DNA of 64,000 nucleotides from Eledone cirrhosa (Eukaryota): NCBI GenBank assembly GCA_964016885.1, contig OZ024746.1:53878001-53942000 (forward strand), written 5' to 3'. The notes below the pieces were generated by a model. That model saw only the letters and a list, made by a program, of their open reading frames with translations. It made no database searches and was not told where the DNA came from. Below, piece after piece: positions 42,496 to 57,004 of this stretch. Made by a program: the position numbers and the translations under genes. The first letter of the stretch is position 1. Every line of letters starts with the position of its first letter.

Positions 42496-42635
42496 ATATA
42501 TATAAGTTACTTATCTTCATCTGAATCAGATCAATAATGATCTATAATCAATTGACCCAGAAACATTATATGGAGCAGCGAAACAATTGTAAACGGACAT
42601 TATTATTATTATCATTATTCGATAATAATAATAAT

Positions 42636-42790
42636 GGCGGCGATTTGGCAGTATCGGTAGTGGGTTGGACGCCATGGTTTCTAGCATAGTTACGTCCTAT
42701 TTACGGTCTGAGTTTAAATCCCGTCGAGATTAACTTTGCCTTTCACCCTTACGGGGTCGATAAAATAAAGTACCAAAACTAGAAACACTT
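42636..42790 (+). mobile_element. tRNA/Nin-domain SINE
   Basis: Family head and core. Confidence 0.85.
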
Positions 42791-42920
42791 ATTATTATCA
42801 TTATTCCTTACATTAAACTATAATTACACTCCTTATTCCTTAGATTAAACTGCAACTATGTTGACACTCTTTAAATAACGTCTTCCTTGTGGATTCTGTG
42901 GTCTTGTTTTACTTAACTAA

Positions 42921-43830
<910 letters not shown>

Positions 43831-44732
43831 AATATAAATATAAATTTAAAATGTAGTATATAATTAATTAATTAATTTTATTAATATATGAAACCTGTCG
43901 ATAAATCATTAGATTCCTTCATCTTTTTTGACTGATTATACACTCAAGTAAAAATAACTTTTCTTCCTAAATATAAATAGGGCTCTTGAAAAAAGAAACT
44001 ATTTCCTATTTCTTATTTTTTATTTTTTATTTTTTATTTTTTATTTTTTATTTTTTATTTTTTTTATTTTTTTATTTTTTTATTTTTTTATTTTTTTATT
44101 TTTTTATTTTTTTATTTTTTTATTTTTTTATTTTTTTATTTTTTTATTTTTTTATTGTTTTCTTATTGTTCTGATAGCTTCTCCTATTTTCGAAAGTTTA
44201 TCCTTTCAAAATTTTGAGTTAAATATACGTAAGATACATTTCTATACTAAATCTATTATACATACTATTATTTTGAAATTATAACTTAAAATATTCTATA
44301 ATATTTTAAAATTGTATTGCTTTTAAAGTTATATTGCTTTTAATTATATTTCCAAATTGTAATATAATCCTTTTGTATTTTATGTACTCAATTATACTAT
44401 GTATTGTATTGATATATACTTGTCTCTATATGTGAGTATATATGTATATGTGTGTATTGACATACATGTACATATGTTCTATGCGTTTTTATGAGTGTAT
44501 GTCTGTCTGTATGTATATGTATGCGTGATGCGTATCTACCTATTGGCTGAGGGTACACACACATGTGTATATATGTTTATGTGAGAATTGTGTATATGCA
44601 TGTGCGTGTATATCCATACAATTTGATTGCACTAATGTATAGTGATTATCCCAATGATTCCTGACAATGATTCCTGACAGATAGACATATAATTAAGAGC
44701 CATAAATACATAACAGGTAATCTTATAAAACT

Positions 44733-44836
<104 letters not shown>

Positions 44837-44857
44837 CACACACGCGCACACACACAC

Positions 44858-44895
<38 letters not shown>

Positions 44896-44949
44896 ACACA
44901 CATAGACTCACGCACTCACACACACAGAGGTATATACATAAATGATATG

Positions 44950-45050
44950 ATTGTTTCTACTTTTGGCACAAGGCCAGCAATAAACCCGTACATTACTGGT
45001 ACTTTATTTTATCAACCCCGTAAGGATGAAAGGCAAAGTTAACCTCGGCG
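44950..45050 (-). mobile_element. tRNA/Nin-domain SINE 3' half
   Basis: Family core. Confidence 0.85.
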
Positions 45051-45140
45051 TTATATACATATGTATATATAGTGTATGTACACTCCATATTCTTCAGAGT
45101 TTCTGGCTTGTATCTGCCGATATTACCTCTTGTTGTTTTG

Positions 45141-45185
45141 ATTGCCCTGATGAGTCCTCAATAGGACGAAACATTGTCGGCTAAT
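45141..45185 (+). ncRNA. Canonical minimal type I hammerhead ribozyme
   Basis: ATTGCC CTGATGA GTCCT-CAAT-AGGAC GAAA C-ATT-G TC GGCTAAT; predicted GUC cleavage after 45178. Confidence 0.85.
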
Positions 45186-45331
45186 AAAAACTTTTGATGT
45201 ATTAAAGGATTCTTTGTTTTACTCTCTTAACTTTTTGGCTCTGTTTAACTGCATTGAGCTATACCTTTTACTGTCATTTCTATAATACGAAGAGGGTGTT
45301 TGACTCAAACACGCTCCAGTATCCTAATCCT

Positions 45332-45425
<94 letters not shown>

Positions 45426-45507
45426 TGCAAATTTATACGGGAACAAAACAGAGAGGCAGACAAATAAAGGTTTATTAGGTTCACTCTTCTGAGAGTGGGT
45501 GGAGGTA

Positions 45508-45546
45508 TGGAACGACGTTTCGGGCATGAGCCCTTCTTCAGCATTA
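45508..45546 (-). ncRNA. Penelope-type variant hammerhead motif
   Basis: Minus strand: CTGAAGA-A-GGGC-TCAT-GCCC-GAAA-CGTCGTT. Stem I is poorly paired. Confidence 0.55.
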
Positions 45547-45683
45547 AATAGGTTAGGAAGAGAGTTCAGAAGGTGTGTGGAAATATATATATATTATATA
45601 TATTCATATGTATCTAGTAAATAACTACACAAACACTCATATATATGTATAAGTATATAAATACACACACACACACACACACA

Positions 45684-45747
<64 letters not shown>

Positions 45748-46025
45748 TAAATGTGCGCAACAGACAGGCACACATACATATAAAAAGTTTATATGCACAG
45801 ACTTATTTGTATGAGCGTTGTTTTTTTTTTTCAATTCACTCTGATCCTCTTTCTTCGGCATTGTTGATGGAGTTGTTGGTTTAGTTGTTGTTGCTGTATT
45901 TTATCATTTATGAGATTATTTGAATTATTTCTTTATTCTTCAGTTTGTTCAGAATAAATGTGTTTACTCATTATTGAGTGAGTTTCTCCAGGAGAAAAAA
46001 AAAACGACTTCTTAAAGATTGTATA

Positions 46026-46109
<84 letters not shown>

Positions 46110-46185
46110 TATAGAAACACCCACACATATATGTGTCTATATATATGTGTCTATATATATAAATATATATATGTATATATACAAT

Positions 46186-46610
46186 ATATTAATAAATGGA
46201 AACTATATTTATAAAACCATATTTATTTTATTATATATATTTCAAGGAAAACCAAAGCAAATTATGGTGCGCTTTCATCAGATAAAATACAGATTTCTTT
46301 TATAAATAAATATTGACATACCCGGAAAAAAGTCAAACTTAACGGTTGGAGATTCCTGGATAGATAGACTATCCAGGAAGCTCCAACCGTTCAAAGAAAT
46401 AATTCAAATAATCTCATAAATGATAAAATACAGCAACAACAACTAAACCAACAACTTCATCAACAATGCCGAAGAAAGAGGATCAGAGTAAATTGAAAAA
46501 AAAAAATTTATATATTGTGTATTTCCTCCACTAAGCAGTTGAGTGCTTTATATCAGTTATAAAAATGTTTAAGCTTGTTAACTCCCAACCAATTAAATAT
46601 AACCTCTGCA
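46186..46610. mobile_element. Rearranged family A element (hammerhead 46224-46289, - strand) containing a captured inverted copy of 45821-45934
   Basis: Family A homology. 46393-46506 is the reverse complement of 45821-45934 with two substitutions. Confidence 0.8.
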
Positions 46611-46636
46611 TATATATATATATATATATATATATA

Positions 46637-47052
46637 CGATATTAAATAAATGGAAACTATATTTATAAAACCATATCTATTTCATTATATATATTTCAGG
46701 GATATCATATTAACAATATGCTATGCCTTCTCCAGACAAAATACAATATAGACAGTTTTATAGATAAATAAATAGATATACTGCCAAATCAACTTTTCAA
46801 ATACAAGTCGATGTTGAACGGTATGTCAAATCTATTTATCTATAAAACTGTCTATATTGTATTTTGTCTGAGGAAGGCATAGCATATTGTTAATATGATA
46901 TCCCTGAAATATATATAATGAAATAGATATGGTTTTATAAATATAGTTTCCATTTATTTAATATCGTAAATATACTCCAAATACTTGTCGAGTGCTTTTA
47001 TATCAGTTATAAATATTTACTAGTTGTAACCCAACAATTTAAATATAACTTT

Positions 47053-47055
<3 letters not shown>
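46637..47055 (+). mobile_element. Family A divergent subfamily, inverted arms + tail; hammerhead 46860-46925
   Basis: TATTTTGT CTGAGGA AGG-C-ATA-G-CATATT-GTT-AATATG-A-TAT-C-CCT GAAA TATATA TA ATGAAATA. Confidence 0.85.
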
Positions 47056-47093
<38 letters not shown>

Positions 47094-47110
47094 AATATAT
47101 GTGTGTATAT

Positions 47111-47174
<64 letters not shown>

Positions 47175-47177
<3 letters not shown>

Positions 47178-47919
47178 GATAAATCTACCAAGAGTTTACG
47201 GTAGTGTCCAATCCGTATGAAGAACTCAATGTAATCCGGATATCATGGAAAGAAGAGATGCAATGAAAAATCACTTTCGGTGAAAGATAAACGGAATACA
47301 GAGTCAAGATAAAATATTAAAAAAATAATGAATAAAACAATGAAACAGTTCCTTATATTAAACAAAAAGAGTTCATTATTTAACGATCGTTTCTAGGATA
47401 TATATGTGTTAGAATTGGCATGCATATTCAACAGATCTATGTACAAAATTATACAAAATTATACAAACTATCAAAATTAAATATACATACCAAACACATA
47501 TATATGCCGTCTTCAGAAATAATTGTTTCGACTTTAGGCACAAGGCCAGCAATTTTCCAGTACATTACTGGTACTTTATTTTATCGACCCCGTAAGGATG
47601 AAAGGCAAAGTTAACCTCGGCGGGATTTGAACTCAGACTGTAAAGGGACGTAACTATGCTAGAAAGCATGGCGTCCAACCCTCTACCGATACTGCCAATT
47701 CACCGCCGTCTTCAGAAATAATGAAGACGGCATATATATGTGTTTGGTATGTATATTTCATTTTGATAGTTTGTATAATTTTGTATAATTTTGTACATAG
47801 ATCTGTTGAATATGCATGCCAATTCTAACACATATATATCCTAGAAACGATCGTTAAATAATGAACTTTTTTTGTTTAATATAAGGAACTGTTTCATTGT
47901 TTTATTCATTATCTTTTTA

Positions 47920-47930
<11 letters not shown>
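47175..47930 (-). mobile_element. Fold-back element (arms ~47308-47515 / 47722-47930) with long-stem-II hammerhead 47375-47523; SINE inserted in the loop
   Basis: Minus strand: ATTATTT CTGAAGA CGGC-ATATATATGTGTT...AACACATATATAT-CCTA GAAAC GATC GTT AAATAAT. Confidence 0.8.
47524..47707 (-). mobile_element. Full-length tRNA/Nin-domain SINE with target-site duplication
   Basis: GCCGTCTTCAGAAATAAT at 47506-47523 and 47705-47722. Confidence 0.93.
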
Positions 47931-48009
<79 letters not shown>

Positions 48010-48012
<3 letters not shown>

Positions 48013-48094
48013 TGAAAGAATGGTATTTAACTAATGTATTGGTACGCGATGGGGCCCAACCCCAGCCCCGGCGTACAGAATGGAGAAGGCGTCT
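48010..48094 (-). mobile_element. Extreme 3' end of a CRE-like LINE in (TA)n
   Basis: Encodes [14 protein letters not shown], matching TFSFLSAGAGGGQH at ~54910-54955. Confidence 0.6.
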
Positions 48095-48353
48095 ATATAT
48101 AAATATATGTTTATATATATATATATATGCTTATGTGTGTGTATATATATATATATATATAAATGTTGTCAAAGAAAAAAGAGGATTTTCTGAATACCAT
48201 TGCAACTAAGTGGTGGCTTTTTACAGACATTGGCGATTAAGGTCGCCGTGTTGCTCATAGTATGGCGACTGATTATTATATTTAATGTGGTATATTTCTT
48301 TCTTCTTTTGATAGATCTGAAGTCGTATGTATATATTGTATATAAACATGTGA

Positions 48354-48397
<44 letters not shown>

Positions 48398-48460
48398 GTA
48401 TATAATAGGGCATTTATCATGTAATTTTCGACATTCTATGAGTATCGAACATTGTAGGAA

Positions 48461-48511
<51 letters not shown>

Positions 48512-49626
48512 TTATTTCCTTACAAGTATACATATATTTATGTAAGTATATATTGTATATATTTATATAAGTATATATATTTATATAAGTATATATATAT
48601 ATTTATATAAGTATATATATATATATATGTATATATTTATATAAGTATATATATATTTATATAAGTTTATATATATATATTTATATAAGCATATATATAT
48701 ATGTATATATATATATTTATATATGCATATTTATATAAGTATACATATATATATATATATATTTATATATGTATACATATATATTTATATATATATATGT
48801 ATATATATATATTTATATATACACACAAACATATATATATATAGATAGACTATATATATATACTTTATTATATACATATATATACTATATTATATACATA
48901 TATACTACATTATATATACTATATTATATATATATATATATATACTATATTATATACATATATATACTATATTATATACATATATACTATATTATATATA
49001 CTATATTATACATACTATATTATAAATACTATATTATATATATGTATGCTATATTATATTCATATTATATACATATATTATATACTATATTATATACTAT
49101 ATTATATACTGTATTATATACATATATGTGTATATATATATATATAGAGTGTATACATGTGTATGCAAAAAGTGGCTGTAAACAATAAAACAAAGAGCAC
49201 AGTACAATGAAGAATTATATTAGTTTAACGCTTGATATGTTAGGAGAAAATCTTTACCCTACGGATAGGACAGTCTTTAGATTGAATATAGAACAAGTGA
49301 AAGATGAAATAGACAGATAAAGATTGACAAGAGGAAGCTTGGGAAATAATTATCTCACGAAAAAGCACGTGTGTATTCAGTCAGCCAGGACATACACACA
49401 AGCACACACACACACACACATAAATATATATATATTAAAAAAAAACCGATGACGGTTCTTTACATGTGTTTTTCTTTTTTTATTGTGTATCGACCTGTGA
49501 CGCGCGTTTCGCAGAGGATTGGCTCAGGGTTACCCATAACATTTATGGATCTGACTCCATTATCGATGGGCACATATATATATTTGTTCAGCAAGATTCT
49601 TTATCTGAAAACGTGTGTTGAAACCG

Positions 49627-50221
49627 ATATTGTTATACTTTGGGAGGGTCATGTTGCCAATAAGAAACACACGCACCAGTTGCTTTCACTTCAATTTATT
49701 ATAATACATTTATAAATTTAGGAATTTATAAATTTCCGGTTGGTTGGTTGGTTGGTTCCACAACCAGATGATTGTTTATATATTGTCAAAGTTCTTTCGT
49801 CACACATTCTGTGACCTCTTCAGTGACTGGGGATTCTTTTCTTTGTTTTTGTGCCTCTCCTTTGTTCTGTCCTACGCCATCTTGTTTTTGTGTGTGTTGT
49901 GAGCTTAGTTTGCGCATGTGTTACATCCGGGTGTCTGTGTGTGTTTATATTTGTTTATTTATTTGTTTATTTACATGTTACTGGTTGGTTGTTTGTTCTA
50001 TGTGTGTGTGTGTTTTCATTTTGTCCTTAATTGTAAGTTGTGATATTGCTATTCCATTCATGAATGGAACAGAATGTGTGACGAAAGAACTTTGACAATA
50101 TATAAACAATCGTCTGCTTGTGGAACCAACCAACCGGAAATTTATAAATTTATTATAATAAATTGAAGTGAAACAAGTGGTGCGTGTGTTTCTTATTGGC
50201 AACATGACCCTCCCAAAGTAT

Positions 50222-50228
<7 letters not shown>
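49627..50228. mobile_element. Inverted pLTR pair (49627-49811 / 50069-50228) with hammerhead 49785-49827 (- strand)
   Basis: Minus strand: GTCA CTGAAGA G GTCAC-AGAATGT-GTGAC GAAA GAAC TT TGAC; arms are reverse-complementary. Confidence 0.78.
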
Positions 50229-50291
<63 letters not shown>

Positions 50292-50404
50292 TATTTATAT
50301 ATACATTTCTGAGAGTGTATCAATACGGAATGTTTCTAGATTTTTCTATAAACAAATTGTCTATTGAACATGTCGATATACGTATGTATACAAATATGCC
50401 CTTC

Positions 50405-50517
50405 GCAGACATATGCACACAGAGATACACACATAGAGACACGCACACACAGACAGAGACACAGACACACACGCACAGACAGACAGAGACACAGACACAT
50501 ACGCACACACAGATACA

Positions 50518-50562
<45 letters not shown>

Positions 50563-50846
50563 ACATAGAGACACGCACACACAGACACAGACACACACAC
50601 ATAGACACTGACACACACACACACAGACACACATAGAGACACGCACACACAGATGCAGACACACACACACAGAAACACAGACACACACACACAAACATAC
50701 ACACATAGAGAGAGACACACAGAGGCACATATGCACACAGAGACATATGCACACAGAGATACACACATAGAGACACGCACACACAGACAGAGACACAGAC
50801 ACACACGCACACACAGACAGAGACACAGACACATACGCACACACAG

Positions 50847-50888
<42 letters not shown>

Positions 50889-51372
50889 ACATAGAGACAC
50901 GCACACACAGACACAGACACACACACATAGACACAGACACACACACACACAGACACACATAGAGACACGCACACACAGATGCAGACACACACACACAGAA
51001 ACACAGACACACACACACACACAAACATACACACATAGAGAGAGACACACAGAGAGACACACAGAGACACGCACACACAGGCAGAGACACAGACTCATAC
51101 GCACAGAGACACAGACACACACACACATACACACACACATACACACATAGAGACACGCACACACATACAGAGACACACACACACAGAGACACAGACACAC
51201 ATACACACACAGAAACACATAGAGAGAGACACACAGAGAGACACACAGAGACACGCACACACAGACAGACACCGACTCATACGCACAGAGACACAGACAC
51301 ACATAGAGAGAGAGACACACAGAGTCACGCACACACAGAGACACAGAGACACGGAGACACACAGAGACACAG
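50405..51372. repeat. Compound (CA)/(GA) repeat with a higher-order ~330-bp duplication
   Basis: AGACATATGCACACAGAGATACACACATAGAGACACGC recurs at ~50407 and ~50741. Confidence 0.9.
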
Positions 51373-51521
51373 ATAGGAAACCTTGTGTGGTGTGGTGAAA
51401 TATATGACTGTAATTGTGTTGTGTACATTGTTGTGCCAACTAACCGTGACGATGCTTTTGGTTAGAAGAGGTCATTTAATGTCAACCCCGCCGAAATAAG
51501 TATATAAATATTGAAATATAC

Positions 51522-51579
<58 letters not shown>

Positions 51580-51593
51580 TTATATATATATAT

Positions 51594-51637
<44 letters not shown>

Positions 51638-51723
51638 GTGTATGTGTATGTGTATCAATAAATACTCATATACACATACACACGCCCATGTATATGATAA
51701 TTTTTACACATATACATACATAA

Positions 51724-51787
<64 letters not shown>

Positions 51788-53959
51788 GTATGTGTGTGTG
51801 TGTATGTCTATATATATATTTTTTTATATATGTGTGCGTGTGTATATATATATGTTTATGTGTATATGTAGATATAACTATATATGTATATATATATACA
51901 TACATATATATATAAATACACACATATACATATACATATACACTTATGTACACATATATATGCATGCAGACGGAGAGCCATGTACATGACCTCTGAATTG
52001 AGCCAACGCCAAGTGGGTCTGGGTATGGAATTGTTTAGTGAGGCTCAAAACCAGATTTATTGAGAATCTATATATTTATTGGCTCTATCAACATTTGCTG
52101 TTCAGTGAACGCTGGTCTTTTCTAAAACCCCCTTACTTGGATACTTGCCCAGACTAAGTACTCCACTAATCTCACACTCTTGTCAGGATTTTAATGAGAA
52201 ATTACTGTTTGTTTCGTTTAAGTCTGGCATTGCTTATTTCAACCACCATAAAAAATATATGCATACAATATAAATAATATAAAACAAAAAGATTGTTTTT
52301 GTTCTGGTTTTGTATACATTTGTTGCTGTCTTTGTGTTCGTGATTTTTGTTTTGATTTGCTTTGCGGTTTTATTTTCAAGTGCTCCGTTATCAAGTTCTA
52401 ATCAACATTTCGTCTCGAAGGAAGATCCACTAAAGATCTTAAGTTAAGTGAAGTGAAGTCAACTCAAGTGACGGACATTTTTTTAGAGTATACTTTCATA
52501 GAGAGACTTGAAACCTAGCTTGGAGATTGTATCAGTGTTCATTTTCAGCAACTTATAGATTTTGGCACATTCAATTATATTCACCCAATACGTGACTGCC
52601 CAATACCATGACATGTTCCCAGAACTCCATATGGAGTCGGAGGGACATTATAAAACTAAAGCCCATCCATGTCGAGGTTTCACCATTTCTCTATATCTAG
52701 GTCACTCGATTTCTTGCATAGTAAGAATGAGAGAAGAATCTATCCCAGTGCTAAACTGGTATTTCATATATCGACTTCAGAAGAATGAAAGTCAAGGTTG
52801 GTCTCTGCAGGATTTGAATTCACAGTGTATAGTACGAGAACGAATAGCATAAATTATTCTATAGGTCTAACGACTCTACCAATACGCCGCGTATTTGACT
52901 GATATTTTATTTTATACATCTCGGAATGATAATGGAGTTTGGTTTCTATTAATTCCCTAGGGAATTAATAGAAACCAATATAGTTGAAATCAATAATAGA
53001 ATGAACTCTATAGATAATGAACACAACCACAAGGATATGGTCCCAACGTGGAAGAGCCGAACTCCCACTGTTTTCCTGACAGCAGCAAACATAATCCCAC
53101 TGTTTTCCCGACAGCACCAAACATTATTCTTTTCAACTGCCTGGGGTCGATAAAATAAGAAGCACATATCTAGGTGAAGGTGTCCAAAATTTACTCACTG
53201 AGAACTCTGAACCGAACAAAAAAACCTTCAGCCCTTTAGCCAGAACCTCAGTCCAGTGACAGAACCACTGACCTTCATGGATTGCATATTCCCGGTGCCG
53301 AGATGCCATTTAACCAAATTTATCTGGTAGATAAATTACCCCTATTACTATTAAAGGGCAATGAATTAGCAGAGCTTTTTGAAAATCGGTTAGAATTCTT
53401 GGCAGTATTCGTCCTAAGTGGAACGACGAGATTTTTCTGTTGCTCGAGATCGAATTTGAGAGAGGTCTGTGGCTGATATGTATAATCAGCTTAATTACAT
53501 CCCCTCTATATCTATAAATATTGACAAATTCTCTTCTTGCCCCATCTTCAGAAGCCACTCCTGTCAATTTTACCTTTTATCATTATGAAGTTGATGATTA
53601 TTGACGTAGCAGATCATTATCACTGTGGATTCCCATTTGCTTTCTATTTTTCTATGACGGCTGTTTAGGTGTCTTAAGAAATGGGCTTCACCATGTTTAA
53701 ATACCGAAGAAATGTCGTTTAAATACCGAAGAAATGACATTGTCTCTACGACTCCACCGAGATTGTTGGTGTGGGGGTATACAGAAACCGTAGAGCATCG
53801 AACAAAATAATTAAGAACATATACTATGCTGTTTAAGAAGTTGTGGGTGTATAAGGAATCGAACTGAAATGAACATAGTAATGTTCGTTTATTTATCAGC
53901 CGTAGATGGTGAGTTGGCAGAGTCATTAGATAGTCTTTTCACTCTTTCGCAGGACGCCC

Positions 53960-54340
53960 CGGTGAATTCGATGCCAGCATCAGGCGCTGTTTAGAACTCA
54001 TCTGAAATGTCAGTTTCGCCAGCACTGTCTGGCAACATGCAAAAGTCCCTGTGAGGTTCGGTGGTCTCAGCCTCCGATCCGAATCAGATCTGGCACTACC
54101 CAGTCGCACCCTCATCAGCGAGTTCCTCAACAAAACGGCAGAACAAGTCATGATCCAAGAACTGGAGTAGTCTCCGGCTGCCTGGACAAGCGCAGATCTC
54201 TCCGGTCCACAGTATACAAATGACCAACATAAATTGGACGATGTCAAGGGCAGGTCTATCTTCAGACAGATCGAGTCTGGCTTGGGCTAATATCGCCTCG
54301 CCTGCCTCCAAACAGCGGCACGTAGCTCATTTCGGTGTCC
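53960..54340 (+). mobile_element. CRE-clade non-LTR retrotransposon fragment (post-RT thumb region)
   Basis: EFDASIRRCLELI*NVSF..VWQHAKVPVRFGGLSLRSESDLALP, later YRLACLQTAA. Confidence 0.72.
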
Positions 54341-54734
54341 TCAACATCATTTCGTGCTATATATTCGGCTTAGCTGCGCCATGAGCTGAACAATCATAGA
54401 GACCAACGTACTCTTTCACTCTTTCGGGAACGATAATTAAAATACCAGTTCATGGCGTTGAGTTGTTGATATTGTTAAAGCAAAGGATTGTTTCCGATAT
54501 TGTAAGGGCATACAAGGGTTGCCGATATTGTTAGCTCATAGCATGTGATGAATTATACTGTGTTTCGTACTTTTTTCTTCTGGGTCTGACTTCAACGCCA
54601 CCGTTGCCAAACTGCATCGGCCTTTGTTTTTCATCGGGGTTAGACTAAAAGAGACTTGTATACAGGAGAAGTCTTTTTACGTGTCCGATACTGTGCGTTA
54701 CAAGAAGTGATATATGGGGAGAAATTTTATTTGA

Positions 54735-54790
<56 letters not shown>

Positions 54791-54894
54791 TCTATAGATA
54801 ATGAACACAACCACAAGTCCGAACGTGGAAGAGCCGAACTCTTACTGTCATCGCCTCCATCTCTCTCGCCCTCTCCATCTCTCTGTATGGTGAG

Positions 54895-55135
54895 CAAATG
54901 GGGTTCCACGTGCTGGCCACCCCCAGCCCCCGCGGACAGAAAGGAGAAGGTGTTTCCCTGGAGTATGGTAAGGGAGATGCGCTGGAAGAGCCATTTCAAA
55001 TCGAGAGGCTCACACATGCGGCTTGTCAGCTCAGCGCCTATGGTGGTGATGAGAAGGGAGGTAGCCCTTAGCCAAGGACACCAGAAGTCTCCACTGCCAA
55101 GGGCACGAACGCAAGTACGAAGTTTCAAGAAAACA
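54895..55135 (-). mobile_element. CRE-clade restriction-like endonuclease C-terminus (frameshifted)
   Basis: FVPLAVETSGVLG followed in another frame by IGAELTSRMCEPLDLKWLFQRISLTILQGN. Confidence 0.78.
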
Positions 55136-55359
55136 CCTATCCTAAGCCGGAACCGTGCAGAACATCTTTACAGCTGAAAACAAACGCAGTCTTGGCGGGC
55201 GAGGGCGCCTTCATAGCAACTCCACCATTAAAACATCTCATTGCGATGTATAACTTATTCATATATACACACACAGGCATATACATGCGTATATAGTCTT
55301 GAATCTGTTTGCCTGACTGCCTGCCTGCTCACTCTCACTACCTTAATCTCCTATCTCAC

Positions 55360-55411
<52 letters not shown>

Positions 55412-55451
55412 CACACATACATACATATATATACACACACACACACACACT

Positions 55452-55531
<80 letters not shown>

Positions 55532-55569
55532 CACACATACATACATATATATACACACACACACACACT

Positions 55570-55639
<70 letters not shown>

Positions 55640-56062
55640 TACATACATATACAAACGCATTCATATATGTGTGTGTATACGCATACATATATATGTATAC
55701 ACAAAAACACATACATACACACATATATATATATTAATTAACTCTCTCTCTCTATATATATTACATAAAGATTAGTTATAACTAATTAAGGAATATAGCA
55801 AGTAAATGAAGGAATTATACACACTTGCTCACAGACACACACACCCAACACACGCATACACACGTATATATGTATATATACACACATATATATGTATATA
55901 TACACACAAATATATGTATATATACACACATATATATGTATATATATATACACACAGAGGTAACAAACATTCGTTGTATATACACATCTCTAGTTAATTA
56001 TTTATATGTGCAGCCGGGCGTAATCAGATATCGATACATCTTAATATTTATATTCCTATAGC

Positions 56063-56228
56063 TTCATCATCATCATCATCGTCATCACCATCACCATTAT
56101 GTTCATTATCATCAGTTCCACCGCCACCATCATCATCGTCATCATCATCATCGTCTCGTCATCATCACCATCATCATCATCATCACGATGATCATCATCA
56201 CATTCATTCTTACCACCACCACCATTAC

Positions 56229-56264
<36 letters not shown>

Positions 56265-56556
56265 TATCATCATCATCATTATCATCATCACCATCATCAT
56301 CATGTTCATTGTCATCACCACCACCGCCATCATCATCATCATCATCATCACCACCACCACCACCACCACCATCATCATCACCATTGTCATCATTTTCCTT
56401 TGTCATCATCATCATCGTCGTCGTCGTCATCAGCATCTTCATCATTACCCCCCCCCCATCATCATCATTCTTATCATCGCCGTCGACGTTGTCGTCGTCG
56501 TTGTCATCATCATCATCACCATTGTCATTATTTTCCTTTGTCATCATCATCATCAA

Positions 56557-56588
<32 letters not shown>

Positions 56589-56607
56589 ACATCATCATCA
56601 ACATCAA

Positions 56608-56638
<31 letters not shown>

Positions 56639-56700
56639 ATCATCATCATCATCAACTTCTACAGCAGGCTAGCATAACCATCAACATCATCATCACCATT
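56063..56700. repeat. (CAT)n/(CAC)n degenerate microsatellite
   Basis: Directly visible. Confidence 0.95.
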
Positions 56701-56928
56701 ATACTTACCACCGCCAAATTTACAGCCATGAACAAACCTCTACTATCAAATATTCCCCCACCCTCCCTCCCTCCCTCACATGTCTTTCTTCATTATGCAA
56801 ATATTTTGTCTGATGAATGTACACCCCCACCACATATATATATGGCTGTGTGTGTGTGTGAGTGTGTGTATGTATATATGTACACACACACACACACATA
56901 CACACACACATACACATACACAGACACA

Positions 56929-57004
<76 letters not shown>

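Noticed and set aside
50168-51989. Cys/Val-, Thr/His- and Tyr/Ile-rich ORFs here and throughout the window
   Set aside because: Translations of (CA)n, (TA)n and (TATG)n repeats.
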